Positions 20,228 to 30,641 of a stretch of 55,131 bases of DNA are shown here, in pieces. The notes beneath the pieces were generated by a model that saw only the letters and a program-made list of their open reading frames with translations, did no database searches and was not told the origin of the DNA. Each line of letters begins with the position of its first letter. The stretch's first letter is position 1. A program made the translations under genes and the position numbers. Source of the stretch: Sphingobium sp. (GTDB lineage Bacteria; Pseudomonadota; Alphaproteobacteria; Sphingomonadales; Sphingomonadaceae); assembly GCA_036278355.1 (NCBI GenBank), contig DASULD010000197.1:1-55131 (forward strand), given 5' to 3'.

Positions 20228-20689
20228 TCAGTCCTCGTTGTCCGCGATCGCCATGCGCCGCAGGTCGCGCGCCTTGGTGAGGATGATCTCCTCCAGCTTC
20301 TGCACCGTTGCGGCCTGCACCGGCGCGTCGACCCACTGGCCTCCCTGCATCACCTGTCGGCTGGCCGCGACGCGCAGGGCGTCGGCGCGCAGGTCCTGAT
20401 CCAGAATCGATACCGTCAGCTTCATGCGCTCCCCGGCGGCGTTTGGATTGGCGTACCAGTCGGTCACGATCACCCCGCCGTTCGAATCCGTCTGGACCAG
20501 CGGCATGAACGACAAGGTGTCGAGCGCGCCGCGCCACAGATAGCTGTTGACGCCGATGGTCGTCACCTTGGCGGCCGCAAGGTCGGCCTTCGGCCGGTCC
20601 TTCTGCCCGGAACAGGCCGTCAGCGTAGCCGCTGCCATCACGGCAATGACCAGAGGGGTGATAGGGCGAGACGGGAACCGCAATGTCAT
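20228..20689 (-). CDS. DUF3576-family lipoprotein
   Basis: Lipobox LTAC; [16 protein letters not shown]...DSNGGVI.TDWY; upstream of leuS. Confidence 0.85.
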   Translation of the reverse strand: MTLRFPSRPITPLVIAVMAAATLTACSGQKDRPKADLAAAKVTTIGVNSYLWRGALDTLSFMPLVQTDSNGGVIVTDWYANPNAAGERMKLTVSILDQDLRADALRVAASRQVMQGGQWVDAPVQAATVQKLEEIILTKARDLRRMAIADNED

Positions 20690-20939
20690 GGCGTACTTTC
20701 TTGTCTGGGCGGGCGAGGCCGCACACGTGGGGACGCATCGCTCCGCTGCATCTATAGCCGCACCGGCCCGATCGGCAAGCCCGCGCAATCTGCCAGGAGC
20801 GATTCGGCCAATGCCGGGGGTTTGCAACGCGCTGTGGGTTTTGTGCAACGACCGGGAAATTTGTTGATGCGCGGGTGGAATTTTCCTGCGCCGCCACTTA
20901 TGGTCTTTCGTTGATAAGCCAGAGTCGGAACAGGCAAAG

Positions 20940-21659
20940 ATGGCCAGGTTCGGGGAAAATTTTGTAATCTTTGCCGTCGCCGGGGCGGTGATCGCGGCTG
21001 CATCGGTTCCTGCGGTCGGCGCGGCCGGGGATTTGGTGGCTGTGCGTGGCGACATGCGCGTGTCGCTGGACAATCTCGGGACGATTTCTTCCTTCACCCC
21101 TTCGATTCGCGATATCAAGCTGTCGTCCGCCTATGCGAAAGCCGCGGCCAGCCATGCGAACAGCCGGTTCCGCTTCACGCCGACCAGCGGGTCGATGAGC
21201 GGACGGCGCGAGATCACGGTTCTGGTACGCGCCGACGGCAAGCTGGCGCAGGCCGACGATCGGCAGGCGCAAACCCTGAGCATCACGCCGCTCGCCTTCA
21301 ATCTTGATGCGTCGCGCGGCTGGCGCAAGTTTGCCCTGGCCGAAATGGTGGGAAGAAAGCCGCTGGACCCGGTGATGCCGGATCTTCCGGCGGTGGGCAA
21401 TTTTTCCCTCGAATCGGCTAAGCCGCGGCTAAGGGCAAATGTTCAGCTCGACGCGAAGCGTGATGTTGGCTCCGCGCCCCAGACGCTGGCTGGCGAGCGC
21501 AAGCTGAGCGTCGATCTCGGCAGCAGTTACTCGCTTACGCGCAACCTCAACGTGACCGCGGGCGTGCGCTACGCCGGACCGGACAATCGCCTCGCGCCGA
21601 TAACGGATCAGCGGCAGGACAACCAGGCGGTTTACGTGGGCACGGTGTTCCGCTTCTGA
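20940..21659 (+). CDS. Hypothetical exported protein, probable outer-membrane beta-strand protein
   Basis: N-terminal signal peptide; C-terminal amphipathic strands (VDLGSSYSLTRNLNVTAGVRY) ending YVGTVFRF. Confidence 0.7.
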   Translation: MARFGENFVIFAVAGAVIAAASVPAVGAAGDLVAVRGDMRVSLDNLGTISSFTPSIRDIKLSSAYAKAAASHANSRFRFTPTSGSMSGRREITVLVRADGKLAQADDRQAQTLSITPLAFNLDASRGWRKFALAEMVGRKPLDPVMPDLPAVGNFSLESAKPRLRANVQLDAKRDVGSAPQTLAGERKLSVDLGSSYSLTRNLNVTAGVRYAGPDNRLAPITDQRQDNQAVYVGTVFRF

Positions 21660-21800
21660 AATCGGACGCTGCGCGACCGGTCCTCTCCAGTTTTGCATCC
21701 GCAGCGCTTCGCCTGATCCCCGGGCGGGCGCATCCTTCCGGCTGGACACCATCCTGCTCCTGCTCCAGCATATGGTCCGCACTGCCGGGGAGGATCGAGC

Positions 21801-22421
21801 ATGGCCAATTGGTACGAGCGCCACATAGTGCCACATATCATCCGCCTCGGATGCGGATGTCAGCTTCTGGCGGAAAAGCGTGAGCCCATCATACGACAGG
21901 CGCGTGGTCGGGTGCTGGAACTGGGTATTGGCGCGGGCGCCAACCTGCCGCTCTACCAGACCGGCAACGTCACCGAACTGATAGGCATAGAACCGTCCGA
22001 CGAACTGAGGTCGATGGCGAGTGCAACCCCGGCGGCGATGCGTCTGGGTGCGCGGCTGCTGGATGCGTGCGGAGAGGATCTGCCGTTCGCCGACGCCAGT
22101 TTCGACACGGTGGTATGCACATTCACGCTCTGCACGGTCGCTGACGAGCGGCGCACGCTGGCGGAGGCCCGGCGGGTTCTGCGCCCGGGCGGCATTTTCC
22201 TCTTCTGCGAGCATGGACGCGCCGACGACCCGGGCGTCGCGAGGTGGCAGGACCGCCTGGATCCGGCATGGAAACGGGTGTTCGGGGGATGCCATCTCTC
22301 CCGGCCCGTTTCGGCGACCATCAGCGATTATTTCACGATGGCCTCGTGCGAACGCGGCTATCAGGAAAAGATGCCCCGCTTCGCCGGATGGATGGAGCGG
22401 GGCTGCGCCGTGGCGGCGTGA
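21801..22421 (+). CDS. Class I SAM-dependent methyltransferase (METTL7/TMT1-like)
   Basis: VLELGIGAG motif I, DLPFADASFDTVV, RVLRPGG, EHG, GGCHL. Confidence 0.88.
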   Translation: MANWYERHIVPHIIRLGCGCQLLAEKREPIIRQARGRVLELGIGAGANLPLYQTGNVTELIGIEPSDELRSMASATPAAMRLGARLLDACGEDLPFADASFDTVVCTFTLCTVADERRTLAEARRVLRPGGIFLFCEHGRADDPGVARWQDRLDPAWKRVFGGCHLSRPVSATISDYFTMASCERGYQEKMPRFAGWMERGCAVAA

Positions 22422-22424
22422 CGA

Positions 22425-24824
22425 TCAGCCGCGCAGGACGCCTCCCAGCTTTTCCGCCGCCTTGATGACCGCCGCACTGATTGCGGAGAGTTCCTCCTCG
22501 GTAAAGCTCTTGTCACCCGGCTGCAGCGTCACTTCGATAGCGAGCGATTTGCTGCCCGGTTCGACGCCGGCGCCGGTGAACAGGTCGAACAGCCGCGCGT
22601 CGACGATGCTTTTCTTGTCGGCGGAGCGGACGGCGCGCACCAAAGCCTCGCTTTCGACCGGCTCCGGCACGATGAACGCGAAGTCGCGCGTCACCGCCTG
22701 AAGCGCGGGCGGCGTGAACGGTGCCCGCATGAAGCCCGACCGGCGCTTGCCAGGAACGGCGTCAAGGAAAAGCTGCGCGGCGACCACGGTGCCCGAAAGG
22801 TCGAACTGCCGCGCCAGGCGCGGGTGCACGACGCCATATTCGGCGAGCACGGTCTTGGGGCCGAGACGCAGCGTGCCGGACTGACCCGGATGATACGCGT
22901 CGCCCGCATCGCCCATCATCTGAAGGTTGGCGACCGGCGCCCCTGCGGCTTCCAGCAGGCCCAGCGCCTGCCCCTTGGCGTCGAAGGCGGTGAATCCCTG
23001 CGCCTTCCCGCTGGCCCAGCCGCGCGGCGCCTTGTCCCCGGCGAGGACGAGGCCAAGCGTCAGCCGCTCTGTGCTGCTGCCGTCCTCCGCGCGGAAATAA
23101 CGGCGGCCTATCTCGAACAACCGGATGCTTGACGCGCCACGATCGGCGTTGCGCCGCGCGGCCGACAACAGGCCGGGCAGCAGCGAAGGGCGCATCACCT
23201 TCAGCTCCTCCGATATCGGATTCGCCAGCACCCAGTCGCCGCCGCCGACGACCGCCGCCTCTTTCTCCGAGATGAAGGACCAGTTGATCGCTTCATTGAG
23301 GCCGCGAGCTGCCGCCGCCCGCCGGACCCGCCGCTCGATCATCTGCTCGGCAGTGGCCGTCGGCCGGGCCACGCCCGGCGTCCTGGGAAGGGGGGTGGAG
23401 GGCACGTTGGCAAGGCCGTGGATGCGCACCACCTCTTCCACGATGTCGGGGGGGCCGTCGATGTCGCGGCGCCAGCTCGGCACCGTGATCGTCCAGTTCT
23501 CCCCGACGGCAAATCCCAGCCGCGAAAGGATGGCCTGCTGTTGTTCCGGATCGATGTCGACCCCTGCCAGAGAGCGGGTGGTTGCCGGGTCATACGCAAA
23601 GTTGCGCGGCGCAACTTCGGCACTGCCCGCGCGGGTGACGGCGCTGGCCGTGCCGCCGCAATGCTCGACCACCAGCCATGTCGCGATCTCCAGCCCCTCA
23701 TCGAGGAAGGCGGGGTCCACGCCGCGTTCGAACCGCTGTCGCGCGTCGGACGTGAGGCCCAGCTTCTGGCCGGTCCGCGCAATATGCGCCGGATCGAAAT
23801 AGGCGCATTCGATGATGACCTCGGTCGTGGTCTCTGCGACGCCCGAATCCTCGCCACCCATGATGCCGCCGATGTCGTGGACGTGCACGTCGTCGGCGAT
23901 GACCGTCATCGTCTCGTCGAGTGTGTAGCTTTTTCCGTTGAGCGCCAGCACCTGCTCCCCCGGCCGCGCCTTGCGCGCCGCCAGCCCGCCTTTCAGCTTC
24001 GCCTTGTCATAGACGTGCAGCGGGCGGCCAAGATCGATCATCACGAAATTGGTGATGTCGACCAGGGCGCTGATCGGCTTCTGGCCGATCGCCTTCAGCC
24101 TGCGCGCCATCCACTCCGGCGAGGCGCCGTTGGTGACGCCGCGTACTTCCTGGCCATGGAAAGCGGGGCATCCCTCCGGATCATCGGTGCGCACGTCAGG
24201 CCCCGGACCGTCGGTGGCGACCGGATCGGCGGACATGCGATAGACTTCGCGCAGCGGCCGCAACGTACCCAGCCCCTTGGCGGCAAGGTCGCGCGCCACG
24301 CCGCGGACGCCCATGCAGTCCTGCCGGTTGGGCGTGATCGAAAGGTCTATGACCGGGTCGTCCAGTCCGGCATAGCCGGCAAAGGTCTCGCCCACCGGCG
24401 CGTCGGCGGGCAGCTCGATGATGCCGTCATGGTCCTCGCCCAGCTCCAGCTCTCGCGACGAACACATCATCCCGTTGGATTCCACGCCCCGGATCGCGGC
24501 TTTCTTCAGGACCATGCCGTTGGCGGGTACGGTCGCGCCCTCGCGGCCGAACACGCCCACCAGGCCTGCCCGCGCATTGGGTGCGCCGCACACGACCTGC
24601 AGCGCGCTGCCGTCGCCGGGATCCACGGTAAGCACCTGAAGCTTGTCCGCCTGCGGGTGCGGCGCTGCCGTCAGCACCCTCGCCACGGTAAAGCCCGCGA
24701 GCTTCCCGGCGGGGTTCTCCACGCCCTCGACCTCAAGTCCGATGTCGTTGAGCGCGGCAAGGATGTCATCGAGGCTCGCATCCGTCGCCAGATGCTCCCG
24801 AAGCCAGCTCAAGGTGAACTTCAT
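22425..24824 (-). CDS. pheT: Phenylalanine--tRNA ligase beta subunit
   Basis: [53 protein letters not shown]. Confidence 0.99.
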   Translation of the reverse strand: MKFTLSWLREHLATDASLDDILAALNDIGLEVEGVENPAGKLAGFTVARVLTAAPHPQADKLQVLTVDPGDGSALQVVCGAPNARAGLVGVFGREGATVPANGMVLKKAAIRGVESNGMMCSSRELELGEDHDGIIELPADAPVGETFAGYAGLDDPVIDLSITPNRQDCMGVRGVARDLAAKGLGTLRPLREVYRMSADPVATDGPGPDVRTDDPEGCPAFHGQEVRGVTNGASPEWMARRLKAIGQKPISALVDITNFVMIDLGRPLHVYDKAKLKGGLAARKARPGEQVLALNGKSYTLDETMTVIADDVHVHDIGGIMGGEDSGVAETTTEVIIECAYFDPAHIARTGQKLGLTSDARQRFERGVDPAFLDEGLEIATWLVVEHCGGTASAVTRAGSAEVAPRNFAYDPATTRSLAGVDIDPEQQQAILSRLGFAVGENWTITVPSWRRDIDGPPDIVEEVVRIHGLANVPSTPLPRTPGVARPTATAEQMIERRVRRAAAARGLNEAINWSFISEKEAAVVGGGDWVLANPISEELKVMRPSLLPGLLSAARRNADRGASSIRLFEIGRRYFRAEDGSSTERLTLGLVLAGDKAPRGWASGKAQGFTAFDAKGQALGLLEAAGAPVANLQMMGDAGDAYHPGQSGTLRLGPKTVLAEYGVVHPRLARQFDLSGTVVAAQLFLDAVPGKRRSGFMRAPFTPPALQAVTRDFAFIVPEPVESEALVRAVRSADKKSIVDARLFDLFTGAGVEPGSKSLAIEVTLQPGDKSFTEEELSAISAAVIKAAEKLGGVLRG

Positions 24825-25915
24825 GCGCCCACTCCCCCCGAAAGCGTGGGCACATCAAGTGCCGAGAAGCCATAATGCCGCAGCCATCTCAGGTCGCCGT
24901 CGAAAAAGGCGCGCAGGTCGTTCATCCCGTATTTGAGCATGGCGAGGCGATCCACCCCGGTGCCGAACGCGAAACCCTGCCACTCATCGGGGTCGAGCCC
25001 GCAATTCTCGATCACGCGGCGGTTGACCATGCCGCTGCCCAGCACTTCCATCCAGCCGCCGCCGGGTGCGTCGCCGCTCCCGCCGATCACGCGCTGGCCC
25101 TTTTCAAGGGTATAGCCGACGTCGACCTCGACCGACGGTTCGGTGAAGGGAAAATAGCTGGGACGCAGGCGCAGCGTGATGTCGTCGCGCTCGAAAAATG
25201 CCTTGAGGAAGGTTTCCAGCGTCCATTTGAGGTGACCCAGATGGATACCCCGGTCGATGACCAGGCCTTCGATCTGGTGGAACATCGGCGTGTGGGTCGC
25301 GTCCGAATCGCTGCGATAGACGCGGCCCGGCGCGATGATGCGAATGGGCGGTTGCTGCGACGTCATCGTCCGGATCTGCACCGGCGATGTGTGGGTACGC
25401 AGCAGCATGTCCCGGCCGTCCGCATCCTTGTCCGGGAAATAGAATGTGTCGTGCATCGCCCGCGCGGGATGCGTTTCGGGAATATTGAGCGCGGTGAAAT
25501 TGCGCCAGTCGTCCTCGATCTCCGGCCCTGTCGCGACGGCAAAGCCCAGGTCCGCGAAAATCTCCGCAAGCTCGTCCATCACCTGGCTGACCGGATGGAC
25601 GCTGCCCTGCGGCGTAATGTCGGCCGGAAGGGTCATGTCGAGCCGTTCGGACGCGAGGCGGGCTTCCAGCTCGGCGGCCTCAAGCGCTGCCTTTCGGTCG
25701 GCGATCGCGGCGGTGACGCCTTCGCGCAGATCGTGGATGACGGGGCCGCGCGCTTGCCGTTCGTCGGGCGACATGCCGCCCAGCGTCTTCAGCAGCGCCG
25801 TCACCACCCCGTTCTTGCCGAGCGCGCCGACGCGCAACTCCTCCACCTGGCCGAGCGTGTCGGCGCCTTCGATCTCGGCCAGCAGCCCGGCCTTCAGTGC
25901 GGCGATGTCATTCAT
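24821..25915 (-). CDS. pheS: Phenylalanine--tRNA ligase alpha subunit
   Basis: [48 protein letters not shown]. Confidence 0.99.
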   Translation of the reverse strand: MNDIAALKAGLLAEIEGADTLGQVEELRVGALGKNGVVTALLKTLGGMSPDERQARGPVIHDLREGVTAAIADRKAALEAAELEARLASERLDMTLPADITPQGSVHPVSQVMDELAEIFADLGFAVATGPEIEDDWRNFTALNIPETHPARAMHDTFYFPDKDADGRDMLLRTHTSPVQIRTMTSQQPPIRIIAPGRVYRSDSDATHTPMFHQIEGLVIDRGIHLGHLKWTLETFLKAFFERDDITLRLRPSYFPFTEPSVEVDVGYTLEKGQRVIGGSGDAPGGGWMEVLGSGMVNRRVIENCGLDPDEWQGFAFGTGVDRLAMLKYGMNDLRAFFDGDLRWLRHYGFSALDVPTLSGGVGA

Positions 25916-25941
25916 GCGGGCGCGCTAGCCCAATTCGCGCC

Positions 25942-25980
25942 AAAGGAAAAGGGCGCCGGAGTCACCCCCGACGCCCTTCC
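25942..25980 (-). terminator. Intrinsic terminator after rplT
   Basis: Minus strand AAGGGCGTCGG-loop-CCGGCGCCCTT followed by TTCCTTT. Confidence 0.75.
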
Positions 25981-25998
25981 TGTTCGTTTGTCCGGCTT

Positions 25999-26361
25999 TC
26001 AGGCGGCTGGCAGCGCGGCCTTGGCCTGGGCGATCACGCCCTTGAACGCGTCGCCTTCGTTCATCGCGAGGTCTGCGAGCACCTTGCGGTCCAGCTCGAC
26101 GCCCGCGAGCTTCAGCCCGTGCATGAACTGGCCATAGGTCAGGCCCTCGATCCGGACGGCGGCGTTGATGCGCTGAATCCACAGGGCGCGGAAGCTGCGC
26201 TTCTTGACCTTGCGGTCGCGGTAAGCATATTGCCCGGCCTTCTCGACCGCCTGACGGGCGATGCGGATGGTATTCTTGCGACGGCCATAAAAGCCCTTCG
26301 CCTGCTCCAGAATGTTCTTGTGCTTGGCGCGGGTGGTAACACCCCGTTTTACGCGTGCCAT
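25999..26361 (-). CDS. rplT: 50S ribosomal protein L20
   Basis: MARVKRGV...[19 protein letters not shown]...[10 protein letters not shown]. Confidence 0.99.
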   Translation of the reverse strand: MARVKRGVTTRAKHKNILEQAKGFYGRRKNTIRIARQAVEKAGQYAYRDRKVKKRSFRALWIQRINAAVRIEGLTYGQFMHGLKLAGVELDRKVLADLAMNEGDAFKGVIAQAKAALPAA

Positions 26362-26374
26362 GTCTCTCTACTCC

Positions 26375-26578
26375 TTATTTCAGGCCGTAGGGCGCCCAGA
26401 GGCGGACGTGGCCCACGTCGGCATCGGACAGCACGGAGGTGCCACGATTCTGGCGGATATATTTGGCGTTGTGGCTGATGAGGCGGTGCCGCTTGCCAGC
26501 GACGCCATGCTTCACCTTGCCGGTCGCGGTGAATTTGAAGCGTTTCTTCACACCGCTCTTGGTCTTGAGCTTGGGCAT
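26375..26578 (-). CDS. rpmI: 50S ribosomal protein L35
   Basis: [20 protein letters not shown]; SD AAGGAG upstream. Confidence 0.98.
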   Translation of the reverse strand: MPKLKTKSGVKKRFKFTATGKVKHGVAGKRHRLISHNAKYIRQNRGTSVLSDADVGHVRLWAPYGLK

Positions 26579-26709
26579 TTTCGTCTCCTTGTTGCTGCCG
26601 GCATCTGGCAAAGCCTACGCCGGTGGTCTGACGTTCGCGGACGAACAAGGCAGCCCTTTTAGCCTGCTCGTCCCATCAAGAATCGCATGGAGTGCCACGC
26701 GAAGGCGCG

Positions 26710-26738
26710 CCTATAGGGGCGGAGGCGCGCAATGGCAA
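26710..26738 (-). promoter_or_regulatory. Candidate sigma70 promoter for rpmI-rplT
   Basis: TTGCCA-17 bp-TATAGG on the minus strand. Confidence 0.6.
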
Positions 26739-26751
26739 GGGGAAGCTGCCT

Positions 26752-27537
26752 TCAATGCCCCTCATGTCCCGCATTCAGCGCGTCGAGCACATCGTCGAGC
26801 CGTGCGGGATCGCCAAGCGCGATCACCCTGCCGTCGCTCATGTCGGTGAGCGGCTCCCCCGACCAATCGCACATGCGCCCGCCCGCACCCTCCACCACCG
26901 GAACCAGCGCGGCGATGTCGTGGAGCTTGAGACCCGCCTCGACCACGATGTCGATATGACCGCTGGCAAGCAGGGCATAGTTATAGCAGTCGCCGCCCCA
27001 CACCGTGTCGCGGCAGGCCCGCGCGAGCAGAGAGAAATGCTCCCCCGTGCAGTCCGGAAAATATTGGGGACCGGTGCTGGCGAGGATCGCGTCGGAAAGC
27101 TGGCGGCACGCGCGCGTCCGAACGGGCTTGCCGTTCAGGGTTGTCGGCTGGCCCGTCAGGCCCGCCCAGCGTTCGCGCGTGATCGGCTGATCGATCAGGC
27201 CCAGCACCGGCCAGCCCGCCTGCGTCAGGGCGATGAGCGAGCCGAAGATCGGGCGGCCGGCGATGAAGCTGCGCGTGCCGTCGATCGGGTCGATGATCCA
27301 CAGCCTCTCGGCCTCCTCGCGCGCGAAGCCATATTCCTCCCCGATGATGCCGTCACCGGGGCGCTCCTTTTCCAGGATAGACCGGATCGCGGTTTCGGCC
27401 GCGCGGTCAGCCTCCGTCACGGGTGAGGCGTCGCTCTTGAAATCCGTGTCGTAGCGCGCGCGGAAGAACGGACGGATGGCATCGGCGGCGGCATCGGCGC
27501 AGCGATGGGCGAGGGCAAGGTCGTCGGCAAGGCTCAT
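26752..27537 (-). CDS. hisN: Histidinol-phosphatase, inositol monophosphatase family
   Basis: K.D.SPVTEAD, GEE, DPIDGTRSFI.G.P.FG.LIAL, GGDCY.Y, D.AAL.PVVEGAGG. Confidence 0.88.
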   Translation of the reverse strand: MSLADDLALAHRCADAAADAIRPFFRARYDTDFKSDASPVTEADRAAETAIRSILEKERPGDGIIGEEYGFAREEAERLWIIDPIDGTRSFIAGRPIFGSLIALTQAGWPVLGLIDQPITRERWAGLTGQPTTLNGKPVRTRACRQLSDAILASTGPQYFPDCTGEHFSLLARACRDTVWGGDCYNYALLASGHIDIVVEAGLKLHDIAALVPVVEGAGGRMCDWSGEPLTDMSDGRVIALGDPARLDDVLDALNAGHEGH

Positions 27538-27623
27538 GGCCCCTCCTTGGCGGGCGCCGCCGCCGCACGCAAGGCCCCCATGCCGGGATTTAAGCCTTTG
27601 CTCCGCCGCCCGTTCTATTGCGC

Positions 27624-27866
27624 ATGACGATAGTCGCCTGGATCATCTGTATCGCAAGCTTCCTGGGCGGCCTGTCGCTGCAGGGTGAGGGCGGGACGCC
27701 GTTGCTTGAGGCGATCGCCACCGGTCTTTATGCGGCCGCCCTGCTGTCCTGCCCCGCGCTATGGAAAATTCCGCCCTTCGACGATATGCTCGACGGGCGT
27801 CAGCGGGCGATGGCGTGCCTTGCGCTGCTGCTGGCGCTGCCCCTGCTGCTGGTCCCGGCGGCGTGA
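27624..27866 (+). CDS. Small hypothetical membrane protein (~80 aa)
   Basis: Fills the gap between hisN and prs; three hydrophobic stretches. Confidence 0.6.
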   Translation: MTIVAWIICIASFLGGLSLQGEGGTPLLEAIATGLYAAALLSCPALWKIPPFDDMLDGRQRAMACLALLLALPLLLVPAA

Positions 27867-27887
27867 AGGCAGGCCGCCTCCGACCCC

Positions 27888-28823
27888 TCAATCGAACAGG
27901 CTGGAGACCGAGCTTTCGTCGGCGATGCGCTTGATCGCCTCACCCAGCAAGGGGGCGATCGGCAAATGGCGTATCTTGGCGGAATCCCGCACGGCATCCG
28001 TCTCGAGAATGGAATCGGTTATGATCAGCTCCTTGAGCTGGGACGCCTCGACGCGCGCGACCGCGCCGCCGGACAGCACGCCGTGGCTGACATAGGCGAC
28101 GACGTCCTCGGCCCCGGCGGCCTTTAGCGCCGCGGCGGCGTTGCACAAGGTTCCGGCCGAATCGACGATATCGTCGATCAGGATGCAGAAACGGCCCTCG
28201 ACCTCGCCGATGATGTTCATCACCTCCGATTCGCCAGCACGCTCGCGCCGCTTGTCGACGATGGCGAGCGGGGCATTGTCCAGCCGCTTTGCCAGCGCGC
28301 GGGCGCGCACCACGCCGCCCACGTCCGGCGACACGACCGTAATGCTCTTCTCCCCGAACCGCGCCTGGATGTCCGCCGACATCACCGGCGCGCCGAACAG
28401 GTTATCCGTCGGGATGTCGAAAAAGCCCTGGATCTGCCCGGCGTGAAGATCCATCGACAGCACGCGATCGGCGCCCGCCACGGTGATGAGGTTGGCGACC
28501 AGCTTGGCCGATATCGGGGTGCGCGGGCCGGGTTTCCGGTCCTGCCGCGCATAGCCGAAATAGGGGATGACGGCCGTGATCCGGCGCGCCGACGCGCGTT
28601 TGAGCGCATCGATGCAGATCAGCAGCTCCATGAGGTTGTCGTTGGTGGGATAGCTGGTCGACTGAAGGACGAACACATCCTCGCCGCGCACATTCTCGTG
28701 CACCTCGACAAAGACTTCCTCGTCGGCGAAGCGGCGCACGCTGGCATTGGTGAGGGGCAGTTCCAGATATTCGGCAATCGCACGCGCGAGCGGCAGATTG
28801 CTGTTGCCCGTCATCAACTTCAT
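27888..28823 (-). CDS. prs: Ribose-phosphate pyrophosphokinase
   Basis: [52 protein letters not shown]. Confidence 0.99.
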   Translation of the reverse strand: MKLMTGNSNLPLARAIAEYLELPLTNASVRRFADEEVFVEVHENVRGEDVFVLQSTSYPTNDNLMELLICIDALKRASARRITAVIPYFGYARQDRKPGPRTPISAKLVANLITVAGADRVLSMDLHAGQIQGFFDIPTDNLFGAPVMSADIQARFGEKSITVVSPDVGGVVRARALAKRLDNAPLAIVDKRRERAGESEVMNIIGEVEGRFCILIDDIVDSAGTLCNAAAALKAAGAEDVVAYVSHGVLSGGAVARVEASQLKELIITDSILETDAVRDSAKIRHLPIAPLLGEAIKRIADESSVSSLFD

Positions 28824-28976
28824 CGCGATCGACCTTTGTCTGCTGCCCCGGCAATAGCCCCTTTCGCGACCCTTTAGCGGCCACGGCTCACTTTGCAACG
28901 CGCTTTTGGTCGGGCCGCCTTCCCGGTTCCGCTCAACCCGCTTTTGCGCCGGGGAAAAATCTTATACCAGCCAGTC

Positions 28977-30635
28977 ATGACGCAAACCCTGACCATCGCC
29001 CTTGCCCAGACGACGCAATCCGTCGGCGACCTTGCCGGCAATGCTGACATGATGCTCGAATGGCGCGCGCGGGCGGGCGGCGTGGACCTCATCGTCTTTC
29101 CCGAAATGCAGCTGATCGGTTACCCGCCGGAAGATCTGGTGCTCAAGCCCGCACTGATCGAACGCGCAGGGGATGAGTTGTCGCGCCTTGCCCGCGCCAC
29201 CGGCGACGGCGGCCCGGCGATGCTGGTGGGGACCGTCGTCGCAAACCAGGGGGTGCTGTTCAACGTCATGGTTCTGCTCGACGGCGGCGAGATCAAGGCC
29301 ATCCGGCAGAAGCGCGAGCTGCCCAATTACGGCACGTTCGATGAAAAGCGCCTGTTCGCGCCGGGCCCGCTGCCCGATCCCATCGACGTGCGCGGCGTGC
29401 GGATCGGCGTGCCGATCTGCGAGGACGTCTGGTATCCGTTCGTATGCGCCCATTTGAAGGAGCGCGGCGCGGAGATCCTTGTCACGCCCAACGGCAGCCC
29501 CTTTGAAATCGACAAGGACGAGCGGCGGATCACCCATGTTTGCGGTGTGCGCGTGCGCGAAACGGGTCTGCCGATGGCCTATGTCAATCGCGTGGGCGGG
29601 CAGGACGAACTCGCGTTCGACGGCGCATCCTTTGTCCTGAACGCGGACGGCGGCCTGGTCCACCAGATGCCCGACTGGCGTGAGGATCTGCGTATCACCC
29701 GCTGGGAACGGCGCGGGGAGGGCGGATGGCACTGTGTGCCCGGAGAGATCGCGCCGCTCGCGCCCTATCCGGCGGACGTCTACAGCGCGATGGTCGTGGG
29801 CCTGCGGGATTATGTCGACCGCAACCGCTTTCCCGGCGTTGTTCTGGGCCTTTCGGGCGGCATCGACAGCGCGCTGTCGGCCGCTGTCGCGGTCGACGCG
29901 CTCGGCGCGGATCGGGTCTGGTGCGTGATGATGCCCTCGCGTTTCACCAGCCGTGAAAGTCTGGAGGACGCGGCGGAATGTGCGCGGATGCTGGGCGTGC
30001 GCCTCGACACTGTTCCGATCGAGCCTGCGGTGACGGCGTTCGACACAATGCTGGCGGACGTTTTTACCGGGCGGAGCCGCGACCTGACCGAGGAGAATGT
30101 CCAGTCGCGCATCCGGGGCGTCACGCTGATGGCGCTGTCCAACAAGTTCGGACACATGCTGCTGACGACCGGAAACAAGAGCGAGATGTCGGTCGGCTAT
30201 GCCACGATTTATGGCGACATGGCAGGCGGCTACTCGGTGCTGAAGGATGCGTACAAGACAACGGTGTTCGACCTGTCGCGCTGGCGCAATGAAGACGTTC
30301 CGGCCATCGGGCTCGGTCAGGCGGGGCCGGTCATGCCGGACAGGGTCATCACCAAGCCGCCCAGTGCGGAACTGCGCGAAGATCAGAAGGATGAGGACAG
30401 CCTTCCCCCTTATGAGGTGCTCGATCCCATCCTGCACGGGCTGGTGGAAAGCGAGTTGTCTGTGGATGCGCTGGTCGCCAGGGGCTTCGAGCGGGACACG
30501 GTGGCCCGGATCGAGCGGCTATTGTATATCGCGGAATACAAAAGGCGTCAGGCGCCGCCGGGCGTGAAGCTGGGCAGCCGCAATTTCGGGCGCGACCGCC
30601 GTTATCCCATCACCAACGCATTCCGTACGAGCTGA
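28977..30635 (+). CDS. nadE: Glutamine-dependent NAD+ synthetase
   Basis: Nitrilase domain FPE..GYPPEDL, K..LPNY.TFDEKR.F, ICED; synthetase motifs GLSGGIDS, TTGNKSE, PPSAEL, EYKRRQ. Confidence 0.98.
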   Translation: MTQTLTIALAQTTQSVGDLAGNADMMLEWRARAGGVDLIVFPEMQLIGYPPEDLVLKPALIERAGDELSRLARATGDGGPAMLVGTVVANQGVLFNVMVLLDGGEIKAIRQKRELPNYGTFDEKRLFAPGPLPDPIDVRGVRIGVPICEDVWYPFVCAHLKERGAEILVTPNGSPFEIDKDERRITHVCGVRVRETGLPMAYVNRVGGQDELAFDGASFVLNADGGLVHQMPDWREDLRITRWERRGEGGWHCVPGEIAPLAPYPADVYSAMVVGLRDYVDRNRFPGVVLGLSGGIDSALSAAVAVDALGADRVWCVMMPSRFTSRESLEDAAECARMLGVRLDTVPIEPAVTAFDTMLADVFTGRSRDLTEENVQSRIRGVTLMALSNKFGHMLLTTGNKSEMSVGYATIYGDMAGGYSVLKDAYKTTVFDLSRWRNEDVPAIGLGQAGPVMPDRVITKPPSAELREDQKDEDSLPPYEVLDPILHGLVESELSVDALVARGFERDTVARIERLLYIAEYKRRQAPPGVKLGSRNFGRDRRYPITNAFRTS

Positions 30636-30641
30636 GTCCAG

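Noticed and set aside
17884-20280. 798-aa + strand ORF
   Set aside because: Antisense shadow of leuS; long stop-free antisense frames are expected from high-GC codon bias, and the protein has no recognisable motifs
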